NCBI GenBank assembly: GCA_964016885.1
Contig: OZ024740.1
Coordinates: 8,680,001 to 8,744,000 of the forward strand
From: Eledone cirrhosa
Lineage: Eukaryota
Length of the DNA: 64,000 nucleotides
Direction of reading: 5' to 3'
Shown here: in pieces, positions 40,743 through 55,100 of the stretch
Position numbering within the stretch: position 1 is the stretch's first letter
Layout: every line of letters starts with the position of its first letter
Position numbers and translations under genes: made by a program
The notes under the pieces: generated by a model
What the model was told of the DNA's origin: nothing
The model's input: only the letters and a program-made list of their open reading frames with translations
Databases searched by the model: none

Positions 40743-42800
40743 ATGAATAAGGTAGATGAAGCAGTCAAGGCCAAGAGACAGGCATGGAAAGAATGGAAGA
40801 ACGGGGGGAGCAGGGTACATTACATAGAGACCAAGAGGGAAGCTAGGCGACAAGTATACTTAGCTAGGAGGGAAGCAGAGGATAGAAAATTCAAGCATGT
40901 TTTACAACGTGAGGACCAGAAACAGGAGGTATTCAAGATTGCGAGGCAGTGTGTCAGAGATAGTTGTGATGTCATTGGAGAGAAGTGTATCCGGAATGAT
41001 AAAGGTGAGCTTGCCCTCACAAGTGCTGAGAAGAAAGATGCATGGAAGAGTCATTATGATAGATTACTAAATGAGGAGAATGCATGGGAAGAAGAGACCC
41101 TACCCCACGTAGACCCTATAGAGGGACCAGCAGTACAAGTCAGCGGCAGCGTAGTAAGTAAGGCAATCAGAGATATGAAGATAGGGAAGGCAACCGGTCC
41201 ATCGGGTATAGCTGCCGAGATGCTGAAGGCATCTGGGTCTGTAGGTCACACTATAACCACACGTATCGTTAACCAGGTAATACTAGAGGGGGCCATACCA
41301 AAAGATTGGTGCAGTAGCATCATTGTCAACTGCTACAAAGGTAAAGGCGATGCACTAGATAGAGGAAACTATAGAGGTATAAAGTTGATGGATCAGGTCA
41401 TGAAAGTAACAGAAAGAGTTATAGCACAGCTGATTAGGGACCTGGTGAATATAGACGAGATGCAATTTGGGTTTGTTCCAGGGAAAGGCACCACTGATGC
41501 GCTCTTCCTTGTGAGGCAATTACAGGAAAAGTACCTAGCTAAAAGTAAGCCACTCTACTTGGCATTTGTCGACCTTGAGAAAGCCTTTGACAGAGTTCCA
41601 CGTGCAGCAATCTGGTGGGCTCTTAGAAAACTAGGAGTAGATGAATGGCTTGTGAAAGCGGTACAAGCCATGTATAGGGGAGCAGTCAGCAAAGTTAGGA
41701 TTGGCAATGAGTATAGCGAGGAATTTAGCGTACAGGTTGGGGTCCACCAGGGCTCTGTTCTTAGCCCTCTCCTGTTCATCATAGTCCTGCAGGCAATAAC
41801 GGAGGAGTTTAAGACCGGATGCCCATGGGAACTCCTGTATGCTGATGACCTCGCACTCATAGCTGAATCTATGGTAGAACTAGAGAATAAATTCCAAACC
41901 TGGAAGCAGGGACTAGAGAGAAAGGGCCTCAAAGTCAACATGACAAAGACTAAGGTCCTTATAAGTAGACGAGAAAACAGAACCCAGATCCCCTCAGGGA
42001 AATGGCCTTGCTCAGTATGTAGGAAAGGTGTAGGTAGGAACTCCATTCTCTGCCCCAAATGCAAACAATGGGTACACAAGAGATGTAGCGGGATCTCAGG
42101 AAGCTTAATTAAGAATGTAGGATTCACATGCAGCAGCTGTGCTGAAACAGCAAGCAAACAGCCACAGGAAACAAGTACCACCAATCTCTGGGAGGGCCCT
42201 GTAGAAACAGTAGACAGCTTCTGCTACCTAGGTGACCGAATTAGCAACGGAGGTGGGTGCTCAGAAAGTACAATAACTAGGGTAAGAACGGGATGGAAGA
42301 AGTTTAGGGAACTACTACCACTGCTAGCTGCAAAAGGCTTCTCCCTCAGAATGAAAGGCAGACTGTATGATGCGTGTATCCGAACAGCGATGTTGCATGG
42401 TAGTGAGACCTGGGCGCTGAAGGTGGAAGACTTACGTAGATTAGAGAGAAACGAAGCCTGCATGCTCCGATGGATGTGTAACAGTAATGTACGTGAACGA
42501 CAAAGCATAAATGAATTGAGAGAGAGACTGAGCATAAGAGGAATCAAATGCTGCGTGCAGGAGAGGCGGTTACGCTGGTATGGACATGTGATGCGTATGA
42601 AGGATGACAGCTGCATAAAAAGGTGCAGAGCACTAGAAGTTGATGGAAACCGCGGAGTGGGGAGACCCAAGATGACTTGGGATGAGGTGATAAAAGCCGA
42701 CCTTACCCAACTACACCTCTCAAAGTCAATGACACACGACCGTGACTTCTGGCGTCACGCAGTAATACAGGGTACCCGACCTCCCATGGGTACATGCTGA
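40743..42800 (+). pseudogene. RTE subfamily B ORF fragment (linker + RT + PHD finger), 685 codons uninterrupted, endonuclease missing
   Basis: FVDLEKAFDRV, GVHQGSVLSPLLF, LLYADD, FCYLG, RRLRWYGHVMRM. The initial ATG is created at the satellite/element junction. Confidence 0.92.
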
Positions 42801-43103
42801 AGCATATAAACAATATGCCCCCCCCCCCCACCGCAAGGTGGTCGTGGAGGTGCCACGGCAAAAAAGCACCCAGCCCACACTGTAAAGTGGACGTGTAGGC
42901 GCCACGAAAAAGCACCCAGCACTCACTGTAAATGAGGTTGGTGTTAGGAAGGGCATCCAGCTGTAGAAATCAAGCCAGATCAGTTCCTGTATGAGCAAGG
43001 CATGGTCAGCCGACCAGACACTGCCCACAACAGGACAACCCGTCTAACCCATGCTAGCGTGGAAGAACGGACGTAAAACGGTGATGATGATGATGATGAT
43101 GAT
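40745..43103 (+). mobile_element. 5'-truncated RTE-clade LINE, distinct subfamily B
   Basis: Protein clearly homologous to subfamily A but with pervasive synonymous divergence. Different 3' UTR that shares the GGTGTTAGGAAGGGCATCCA box and terminal hairpin. (GAT)7 tail at 43083-43103. Confidence 0.95.
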
Positions 43104-46100
43104 ATCAGTTTCTATTGGTATATCAGTTTCTATTGGTATATCAGTTTCGATTGATATATCAGTTTCGATTAGTATGTCAGTTTCTATTGGTATGTCAGTT
43201 TCAATTAGTTTCTTAGTTTCTATTGGTATGTCAGTTTTCGATTGTTATGTCAGTTTCTATTGGTATATCAGTTTCTATTGGTATGTCTGTTTCTATTGGT
43301 ATGTCTGTTTCTATTTGTATATCAGTTTCGATTGGTATATCAATTCTGATTGGTATGTCAATTTCAATTGGTATGTCAGTTTGGATTGGTATATCAGTTT
43401 CGATCGGTATGTCAGTGTCGATTGGTATGTCAATTTCGATTGGTATATCAGTTTCGAATGGTATGTCAATCTCGATTGGTATGTCAGTTTCGAATGGTAT
43501 GTCAGTTTCTATCGTTATATCTGTTTCGATTGGTATATCAGTTTTGATTGGTATGTCAGTTTCGATTGGTATGTCAGTTTCTATTGGTATATCAGTTTCG
43601 TTTGTTATATCAGTTTCGATTAGTATGTCAGTTTCTATTGGTATGTCAGTTTCGATTAGTTTATCAGTTTCTATTGGTATGTCAGTTTCGATTGGTATGT
43701 CAGTTTCTATTGGTATATCAGTTTCTATTGGTATATCAATTTCTATTGGTATGTCTGTTTCTATTGGTATATCAGTTTCGATTGGTAATTCAGTCTCGAT
43801 TGGTATGTCAGTTTCGATTAGTTTATCAGTTTCTATTGGTATGTCAGTTTCGATTGGTATGTCAGTTTCTATTGGTATATCAGTTTCTATTGGTATATCA
43901 ATTTCTATTGGTATGTCTGTTTCTATTGGTATATCAGTTTCGATTGGTAATTCAGTCTCGATTGGTATGTCAGTTTCGCTTGGTATGTCAGTTTCGATTG
44001 GTATATCAGTTTCGATTGGTATATCAGTTTCGATTGGTATGTCAGTTTCGATTGGCATGTTAGACTCGATTGTTATGTCAGTTTCGATTGATATGTCAGT
44101 TTCGATTGGTATGTCAGTTTCGATTGGTATGTCAGTTTCGATTGGTATATCAGTTTCGAATGGTATGTCAATTTCGATTGGTATGTCAGTTTGGATTGGT
44201 ATATCAGTTTCGCCGGTATGTCAGTTTCGATTGCTATGTCAGTTTCGATTGTCATATCAGTTTTGAATGGTATGTCAATCTCGATTGGTATGTCAATTTC
44301 GATTGGTGTATCAGTTTCGATTAGTATGTCAGTTTCTATTGGTATATCAGTTTCGATTGGTATATCAGTTTAGATTAATATGTCAGTTTCTATTGGTATA
44401 TCAGTTTCGAATGCAATGTCAATCTCGATTGGTATGTCAATTTCGATTGGTATGTCAGTTTCGATTGGTATGTCAGTTTATATTGGTATGTCAGTTTCGA
44501 TTAGTATATCAGTTTCTATTGTTATGTCAGTTTCGATTGGTATGTCAATCGCGATTGGTATGTCAGTTTCGATTGGTATATCAGTTTCGATTGGTATATC
44601 AGTTTCAATTGGTATGTCAATTTCGATTGGTATATCAGATTCTACTGGTATATCACATTCTATTGCTATATCTGTTTCTATTGGTATGTCAGTTTCAATT
44701 GTTATGTCAGTTTCTATTGGTATATCAGTTTCGATTGGTATGCCAGTTTCTATTGGTATGTCAGTTTCTATTAGTATATCAGTTTCTATTGGTATGTCAG
44801 TCTCTATTGGTATATCTGTTTCGATTGGTATGTCAGTTTTGACTGGTATATCAGTTTCGATTGGTATATCAGTTTCCATTGGTATATCACTTTCGATTTT
44901 TATGTCAGTTTCTATTGGTATGTCAGTCTCTATTAGTATATCAGTTTCGAATGGTATTTCAATCTCGATTGGTATGTTAGTTTCTATTGGTATGTCAGTT
45001 TCGATTAGTATATCAGTTTCGATTGGTATATCAGTTTCTATTGGTATGTCAGTCTCTGTTGGCATATCAGTTTCGATTGGTATGTCAGTTTCGATTGGTA
45101 TGTCAGTTTCTATTGGTATGTCAGTTTCGATTACTATATCAGTTTCTATTGGTATGTCAGTCTCTATTGGTATATCAGTTTCGATTGGTATGTCAGTTTC
45201 GATTGCTATGTCAGTTTCGATTGGTATGTCAGTTTCGATTGGCATATCAGTTTCGAATGGTATTTCAATATCGATTGGTATGTCAGTTTCGATTGGTATA
45301 TCAGTTTCTATTGGTATGTCAGTTTCTATTTGTATGTTAGTCCTCGATTTGTATGTCAGTTTCGATTGGTATATCAGTTTCTATTGGTATGTGAGTGTCT
45401 ACTGGTATATCAGTTTCGATTGGTATGTCAGTTTCGATTGGTATGTCAGTTTCGATTGGTATGTCAGTCTCTATTGGTATATAAGTTTCGATTGATATGT
45501 CAGTTTCGATTTTTATATCAGTTTTGATTGGTATCTCAGTTTCGATTGGTATATCAGTTTCTATTGGTATATCAGTTTTGATTGGTATGTCAGTTTCGAT
45601 TGCTATGTCAGTTTCGATTGGTATGTCAGTTTAGCTAGGTATATCAGTTTCGAATGGTATTTCAATCTCGACTGGTATGTCAATTTCGATTGGTATATCT
45701 GTTTCCATTAGTATGTCAGTTCTATTGGAATATCAGTTTCTATTGATATATCAGTTTCGATTGGTATATCATTTTCTATTGGTATATCAGTTTCTATTGG
45801 TATGTCCGTTTCGATTGGTATGTCAGTTTCCAATGGTATATCAGTTTCAATTGGTATGTCAGTTTCGATTGGTATATCAGTTACGATTGGCATATCAGTT
45901 TCGATTGGTATATCAGTTTCTATTGGTATGTCAGTGTCTACTGGTATATCAGTTTCTATTAGTATGTCCCTTTCGATTGGTATGTCAGTTTCTATAGGTA
46001 TATCAGTTTCGATTGTATGTTAGGTTCTATTGGTATGTCGGTTTCGATTAGTATATCAGTTTCTATTTGTATGTCAGTTTCGATTGGTATGTTAGTCCTC

Positions 46101-49100
46101 GATTTGTATGTCAGTTTCTATTGGTATATCAGTTTCGATTGGTATGTCAGTTTCAATTAGCATATCAGTTTCTATTGGTATGTCAGTTTCTATTGGTATA
46201 TCAGTTTCGATTGGTATGTCAGTTTCTATTGGTATGTCAGTTTCGATTATTATATCAGTTTCTATTGGTATGTCAGTGTCTACTGGTATATCAGTTTCGA
46301 TTGGTATGTCAGTTTCGATTGGTATGTCAGTTTTGAATGGTATTTCAATCTCGATTGGTATGTTAGTTTCGATTGGTATATCAGTTTCGGTTGGTATATC
46401 AGTTTCGATTGGTATGTTAGTTTCAATTAGTATATCAGTTTCTATTAGTATGTCAGTTTCTATTGGTAAATTAGTTGCGATTAGCATATCAGTTTCGATT
46501 GGTATGTCAGTTTCGAGTGGTATGTCAGTTTCGATTGGTATGTCAGTTTCGATTGGTATATCATTTTCGATTGGCATATCAGTTTCGAATATTATGTCAG
46601 TTTCGATTGGTATGTCAGTTTCTATTGGTATATCAGTTTCGATTGGTATGTTAGTTTCGATTGGTATGTCAGTTTTTATTGGTATGTCAGTTTCAATTAG
46701 TATATCAGTTTCGATTGGTATATCAGTTTCTTTTGGTATGTTAGTCCTCGATTTGTATGTCAGTTTCTATTGGTAGATCAGTTTCGATTGGTATGTCAGT
46801 TTCAATTAGTATATAAGTTTCTATTGGTATGTCAGTTTCTATCAGTATATCAGTTTCGATTGGTATATCACTTTCGATTTGTATATCAGTTTTTATTGCT
46901 ACATGAATTTATATTGGTATAAAAGTTTCCATTGGTATGTCAGTTTCTATTGCTATATCAGTTGCGATTGGTATTTCAGTGTCTATTGTTATATCAGTTT
47001 CGATTGGTATATCAGTTTCGATTAGTATATCAGTTCCTATAGGTATGTCAGTTTCTATTGGTATATCAATTTCGATTGGTATGTCAGTTTCGATTAGAAT
47101 ATCAGTTTCTATTGGTATGTCAGTTTCTATTGGTATATCAGTTGCGATTGGTATATCAGTTTCGTTTGGTATGTCAATTTCGATTTGTATATCAGTTTAG
47201 ATTGGTATGTCAGTTTCTATTGGTATGTCAGATTCTATTAGTATATTAGTTTCTATTGGTATGTCAGTCTCTATTGGCATATCCGTTTCGATTGGTATGT
47301 CAGTTTCGATTGGTATGTCAGTTTTGATTGGTATATCAGTTTCTATTGGTATATCAGTTTCTATTGGTATGTCAGTTTTGATTAGTATATCAGTTTCTAT
47401 TGGTTTGTGAGTCTCCATTGCTATATCAGTTGCGATTGGTATTTCAGTGTCTATTGTTATATCAGTTTCGATTGGTATATCAGTTTCGATTAGTATATCA
47501 GTTCCTATAGGTATGTCAGTTTCTATTGGTATATCACTTTCTATTGCTATATCAGTTTCTATTGGTATGTCAGTTTCTATTGGTATGTCAGTTTCTATTA
47601 GTATATCAGTTTCTATTGGTATGTCAGTTTCTCTTGCTATGTCAGTTTCGATTAGTATATCAGTTCATATAGGTATGTCAGTTACGATTGGTATATCAGT
47701 TTCTATTGGTATGTCAGTTTAGATTGGTATATCAGTTTCTATTGGTATATCAGTTTCGATTGGTATGTCAGTCTCTATTGGTATATCAGTTTCGATTAGT
47801 ATATCAGTTTCTATTGGTATGTCAGTCTCTAATTGTATATCAGTTTCGATTGGCATGTCAGTTTCGATGAGTATATCAGTTCATATAGGTATGTCAGTTT
47901 CTATTGGTATATCAGTTTCGAATGGTATGTCAGTTTTGATTGGTATATCAGTTTCTATTGGTATGTCTGTTTCTATTGGTATGTCAGTTTCGATTAGTAT
48001 ATGAGTTACTATTTGTATATCAGTCTCTATTGGTATATCAGTTTCGATTGGTATGTCTGTTTCTATTTGTATGTCAGTTTCGATTGGTATGTTAGTCCTT
48101 GATTTGTATGTCTGTTTCTATTGGTATATCAGTTTCGATTAGTATGTCAGTTTTGATTAGTATATCAGTTCCTATAGGTATGTCAGTTTCTATTGGTATA
48201 TCAGTTTCGATTGGTATGTCAGTTTATATTGGTATATCAGTTTCGATTGTTATGTCAGAATCGATTAGTATATCAGTTTCTATTGGTATGTCAGTTTCTA
48301 TTGCTATATCACTTTCGATTGGTATGTCAGTTTCTATTGGTATGTCAGTTTCTATTAGTATATCAGTTTCTATTGCTTTGTGAGTCTCTATTTGTATATA
48401 AGTTTCGATTGGTATGTCAGTTCCGATTGGAATTTCAGTTTCTATTGTATGTCAGTTTCGATTAGTATATCACTTTCTATTGCTATATCAGTTTCTATTG
48501 GTATGTCAGTTTCAATTGTTATATCAGTTTCTATTGGTATATCAGTTTCGATTGGTATGTCAGTTTCTATTGGTATGTCAGTTTCGATTGGTATATCAGT
48601 TTCTATTGGTATGTCTGTTTTCGATTGGTATATCAGTTTTGAATAGTATATCAGCCTCGATTGGTATGTCCGTTTCGATTTGCATATCAGTTTCGATTCG
48701 TATGTCATTTTCTATTGGTATATAAGTTTCCTATGGTATATCAGTTTCGATTGGTATGTCAGTTTCTATTGGTATATCAGTTTCGATTGGTATGTCAGTT
48801 TCTATTGGTATGTCAAATTCTATTGGTATATCAGTTTTGATTGGTATGTCAGTTTCGATTAGTATATCAGTTTCTAATGGTATGTCAGTTTATATTAGTA
48901 TATCAATTTCGATTGGTATGTCAGTTTCGATTGGTATATCAGTTTCGATTGGTATATCAGTTTCGATTGGTATGTCAGTTTCTATTGGTATGTCAGTTTC
49001 GATTGGTATATCAGTTTCGATTATTATGTCAGTATCTATTGGTATATCGATTTCCATTGGTAGATCAGTTTCGATTGGTATGTCAGTTTCCATTGGTATA

Positions 49101-52100
49101 TCAGTTTCGATTGGTATGTCAGTTTCTATTGGTATATCACTTTCCATTTGTATGACATTTTCGATTGGTATATCAGTTTCGATTGGTATGTCTGTTTTCG
49201 ATTGGTATATCAGTTTCGATTGGTATGTCAATTTCGATTGGTATATCAGTTTCGATTGGTATGTCAGTTTCTATTAGTATATCAGTTTCTATTGGTATGT
49301 CAGTCTCTATTGGCATATCCGTTTCGATTGGTATGTCAGTTTCGATTGGTGTGTCAGTTTTGATTGGTATGTCAGTTTCAATTTGTATGTCAATTTCTAT
49401 TGGTATGTCAGTTTCGATTAGTATATCAGTTTCTATTGATTTGTGAGTCTCCATTGGTATATCAGTTTCGATTGGTATGTCAGTTTCGATAGGTATATCT
49501 GTTTCTATATGTATATCAGTTTCGATTGGTATGTCAGTCTCTATTGGTATGTCAGTTTCGATTAGTATATCAGTTTCTATTGGTACGTCAGTCTCTATTG
49601 GTATATCAGATTCGACTCGTATATCACTTTCTATTGCTATATCAGTTTCTATTGGTATGTCAGTTTCTATTGGTATGTCAGTCTCTATTGGTATATCCGT
49701 TTCGATTGGTATGTCAGTTTCGATTGGTATATCAGTTTCTATTGGTTTATCAGTTTTGATTGGTATGTCAGTTTCTCTTGGTATGTCAGTTTCGATTAGT
49801 ATATCAGTTCATATAGGTATGTCAGTTTCGATTGGTATATCAGTTTCGATTGGTATGTCAGTTTTAATTGGTATATCAGTTTCTATTGGTATATCAGTTT
49901 CGATTGGTATGTCAGTCTCTATTGGTATGTCAGTTTCGATTAGTATATCAGTTTCTATTGGTATGTCAGTCTCTAATTGTATATCAGTTTCGATTGGTAT
50001 ATCAGTTTCGATGAGTATATCAGTTCATATAGGTATGTCAATTTCTATTGGTATATCAGTTTCGAATGGTATGTCAGTTTTGATTGGTATATCAGTTTCT
50101 ATTGGTATGTCAGTTTCGATTAGTATATCAGTTTCTATTGGTATGTCAGTCTCCATTGGTATATCAGTTTCGACTGGTATGTCAGTTTCGATTAGTATAT
50201 CAGTTTCTATTTATATATAAGTTTCGATTGGTATGTCAGTTTCTATTGGTATGTCAGTTTCGATTAGTATATGAGTTACTATTTGTATATCAGTCTCTAT
50301 TGGTATATCAGTTTCGATTGGTATGTCTGTTTCTATTTGTATGTCAGTTTCGATTGGTATGTTAGTCCTTGATTTGTATGTCTGTTTCTATTGGTATATC
50401 AGTTTCGATTGGTATGTCAGTTTCAATTAGTATATCATTTTCTATTGGTATGTCAGTTTCTATTGGTATATCAGTTTCGATTAGTATGTCAGTTTTGATT
50501 AGTATATCAGTTCCTATAGGTATGTCAGTTTCTATTGGTATATCAGTTTCGATTGGTATGTCAGTTTCTATTGGTATATCAGTTTCGATTGTTATGTCAG
50601 TATCGATTAGTATATCAGTTTCTATTGGTATGTCAGTTTCTATTGGTATATCAGATTCGATTGGTATGTCAGTTTCTATTGGTATGTCAGTTTCTATTAG
50701 TATATCAGTTTCTATTGCTTTGTGAGTCACTATTGGTATATAAGTTTCGATTGGTATGTCAGTTTCGATTGGAATTTCAGTTTCTATTGTATGTCAGTTT
50801 CGATTAGTATATCACTTTCTATTGCTATATCAGTTTCTATTGGTATGTCAGTTTCAATTGTTATATCAGTTTCTATTCGTATATCAGTTTCGATTGGTAT
50901 GTCAGTTTCTATTGGTATGTCAGTTTCGATTGGTATATCAGTTTCGATTGGTATGTCTGTTTTCGATTGGTATATCAGTTTCGAATAGTATATCAGCCTC
51001 GATTGGTATGTCCGTTTCGATTTGCATATCAGTTTCGATTCGTATGTCAGTTTCTATTGGTATATAAGTTTCCTATGGTATATCAGTTTCGATTGGTATG
51101 TCAGTTTCTATTGGTATATCAGTTTCGATTGGTATGTCAGTTTCTATTGGTATGTCAAATTCTATTGGTATATCAGTTTTGATTGGTATGTCAGTTTCGA
51201 TTAGTATATCAGTTTCTATTGGTATGTCAGTTTATATTAGTATATCAATTTCGATTGGTATGTCAGTTTCGATTGGTATATCAGTTTCGATTGGTATATC
51301 AGTTTCGATTGGTATGTCAGTTTCTATTGGTATGTCAGTTTCGATTGGTATATCAGTTTCGATTATTATGTCAGTATCTATTGGTATATCGGTTTCCATT
51401 GGTAGATCAGTTTCGATTGGTATGTCAGTTACTATTGGTATATCAGTTTCGATTGGTATGTCAGTTTCTATTGGTATATCAGTTTCCATTTGGATGACAT
51501 TTTCGATTGGTATATCAGTTTCGATTGGTATGTCAGTTTCGATTGATATAGCAGTTTGGATTAATATGTCAGTTTCTATTGGTATGTCAGTTTCGATTGG
51601 TATATCACTTTCGATTGGTATGTCAGTTTCTATTGGTATATCCGTTTCGATTGGTATATCCGTTTCGATTGGTATGTCAGTTTCGATTAGAATATCAGTT
51701 TCTATTGGTATATCAGTTTCGATTGGTATATCAGTTTCGATTCGTATGTCAATTTCGACTGGTATATCAGTTTCGATTGGTATGTCAGTTTCTATTGGTA
51801 TGTCAGTTTCTATTAGCATATCAGTTTCTATTGGTATGTCAGTCTCTATTGGCATATCCGTTTCGATTGGTATGTCAGTTTCGATTGGTGTGTCAGTTTT
51901 GATTGGTATATCAGTTTCTATTAGTATATCAGTTTCGATTGGTATGTCAGTTTCGATTAGTATATCAGTTTCTATTGGTTTGTGAGTCTCCATTGGTATA
52001 TCAGTTTCGATTGGTATGTCAGTTTCGATTGGTATATCTGTTTCTATTTGTATATCAGTTTCGATTGGTATGTCAGTCTCTATTGGTATGTCAGTTTCGA

Positions 52101-55100
52101 TTAGTATATCAGTTTCTATTGGTATGTCAGTCTCTATCGGTATATCAGATTCGACTCGTATATCACTTTCTATTGCTATATCAGTTTCTATTGGTATGTC
52201 AGTTTCTATTGGTATGTCAGTTTTGATTGGTATGTCAGTTTCTCTTGGTATGTCAGTTTCGATTAGTATATCAGTTCATATATGTATGTCAGTTTCGATT
52301 GGTATATTAGTTTCGATTGGTATGTCAGTTTAGATTGGTATATCAGTTTCTATTGGTATATCAGTTTCGATTGGTATGTCAGTCTCTATTGGTATGTCAG
52401 TTTCGATTAGTATATCAGTTTCTATTGGTATGTCAGTCTCTAATTGTATATCAGTTTCGATTGGTATATCAGTTTCGATGAGTATATCAGTTCATATAGG
52501 TATGTCAATTTCTATTGGTATATCAGTTTCGAATGGTATGTCAGTTTTGATTGGTATATCAGTTTCTATTGGTATGTCAGTTTCGATTAGTATATCAGTT
52601 TCTATTGGTATGTCAGTCTCCATTGGTATATCAGTTTCGACTGGTATGTCAGTTTCGATTAGTATATCAGTTTCTATTTATATATAAGTTTCGATTGGTA
52701 TGTCAGTTTCTATTGGTATGTCAGTTTCGATTAGTATATGAGTTACTATTTGTATATCAGTCTCTATTGGTATATTAGTTTCGATTGGTATGTATGTTTC
52801 TATTTGTATGTCAGTTTCGATTGGTATGTTAGTCCTTGATTTGTATGTCTGTTTCTATTGGTATATCAGTTTCGATTGGTATGTCAGTTTCAATTAGTAT
52901 ATCATTTTCTATTGGTATGTCAGTTTCTATTGGTATATCAGTTTCGATTAGTATGTCAGTTTTGATTAGTATATCAGTTCCTATAGGTATGTCAGTTTCT
53001 ATTGGTATATCAGTTTCGATTGGTATGTCAGTTTCTATTGGTATATCAGTTTCGATTGTTATGTCAGTATCGATTAGTATATCAGTTTCTATTGGTATGT
53101 CAGTTTCTATTGGTATATCAGATTCGATTGGTATGTCAGTTTCTATTGGTATGTCAGTTTCGATTGGTATATCAGTTTCGATTGGTATGTCTGTTTTCGA
53201 TTGGTATATCAGTTTCGAATAGTATATCAGTTTCTATTGGTATGTCAGTTTCTATTGGTATATCAGTTTCTATTGGTATGTCAGTCTCTAATTGTATATC
53301 AGTTTCGATTGGTATGTCAGTTTCGATGAGTATATCAGTTCATATAGGTATGTCAGTTTCTATTGGTATATCAGTTTCGATTGGTATGTCAGTTTTGATT
53401 GGTATATCAGTTTCTATTGGTATGTCAGTTTCGATTAGTATATCAGTTTCTATTTGTATGTCAGTCTCCATTGGTATATCAGTTTCGACTGGTATATCAG
53501 TTTCGATTAGTATATCAGTTTCTATTTATATATAAGTTTCGATTGGTATGTCAGTTTCTATTGGTATGTCAGTTTCGATTGGTATGTCAGTTTCAATTAG
53601 TATATCAGTTTCTATTCGTATGTCAGTTTCTATTGGTATATCAGTTTCGATTAGTACGTCAGTTTTGATTAGTATATCAGTTCCTATAGGTATGTCAGTT
53701 TCTATTGGTATATCAGTTTCGATTGGTATGTCAGTTTCTATTGGTATATCAGTTTCGATTGTTATGTCAGTATCGATTAGTATATCAGTTTCTATTGGTA
53801 TGTCAGTTTCTATTGGTATATCAGTTTCGATTGGTATGTCAGTTTCTATTGGTATGTCAGTATCTATTAGTATATCAGTTTCTATTGCTTTGTGAGTCTC
53901 TATTGGTATATCAGTTTCTATTGGTATGTCAGTTTCAATTGTTATATCAGTTTCTATTGGTATATCAGTTTCGATTGGTATGTCAGTTTCTATTGGTATG
54001 TCAGTTTCGATTGGTATATCAGTTTCGATTGGTATGTCTGTTTTCGATTGGTATATCAGTTTCGAATAGTATATCAGCCTCGATTGGTATGTCCGTTTCG
54101 ATTTGCATATCAGTTTCGATTCGTATGTCAGTTTCTATTGGTATATAAGTTTCCTATGGTATATCAGTTTCGATTGGTATGTCAGTTTCTATTGGTATAT
54201 CAGTTTCGATTGGTATGTCAGTTTCTATTGGTATGTCAAATTCTATTGGTATATCAGTTTTGATTGGTATGTCAGTTTCGATTAGTATATCAATTTCTAT
54301 TGGTATGTCAATTTATATTAGTATATCAATTTCGATTGGTATGTCAGTTTCTATTGGTATGTCAGTTTCCATTTGTATGACATTTTCGATTGGTATATCA
54401 GTTTCGATTGGTATGTCAGTTTCGATTGATATAGCAGTTTGGATTAATATGTCATTTTCTATTGGTATGTCAGTTTCGATTGGTATGTCAGTTTCTATTG
54501 GTATGTCAGTTTCAATTGGTATATCAGTTTCGATTGCTACGTCAGTTTTATTGGTATGTCAATTTTGATTGGTATATTAGTTTCGGTTGGTATGTCAGTT
54601 TCGATTGGTATGTCAGTTTCTATTCGTATAACAGTTTCGATTGGTATGTCAGTTTCTATTGGTATATCAGTTTCAATTAGTATATCAGTTACTATTGTTA
54701 TGTCAGTTTCGATTGGTATGTCAGTTTCTATTGGTATATCAGTTTCGATTGGTATGTCAGTTTCGATTAGTATATGAGTTTCCATTGGTATATCAGTTTC
54801 GATTGGTATATCAGTTTCGATTGGTATATCAGTTTCGATTGGTATATCAGTTTCTATTGCTATATGAGTTTTTATTGGTATAGAAGTTTTGATTGGTATG
54901 TCAGTTTCTATTGTTATGTCAGTGTCTATTGGTATATCAGTTTCCATTGGTATATCAGTTTCGATTACTATATCAGGTCCTATATGTATGTCAGTTTCTA
55001 TTGGTATATCAGTTTCGATTCGTATGTCAGTTTCTATCGGTATATCAAATTCGATTTGTATGTCAGTTTCGATTAGAATATCAGTTTCTATTGGTATGTC

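Noticed and set aside
40723-43123. 22-bp target-site duplication around the subfamily B element
   Set aside because: It equals one monomer plus 4 bp of the commonest satellite sequence, and the flanks derive from different array domains, so it is uninformative.
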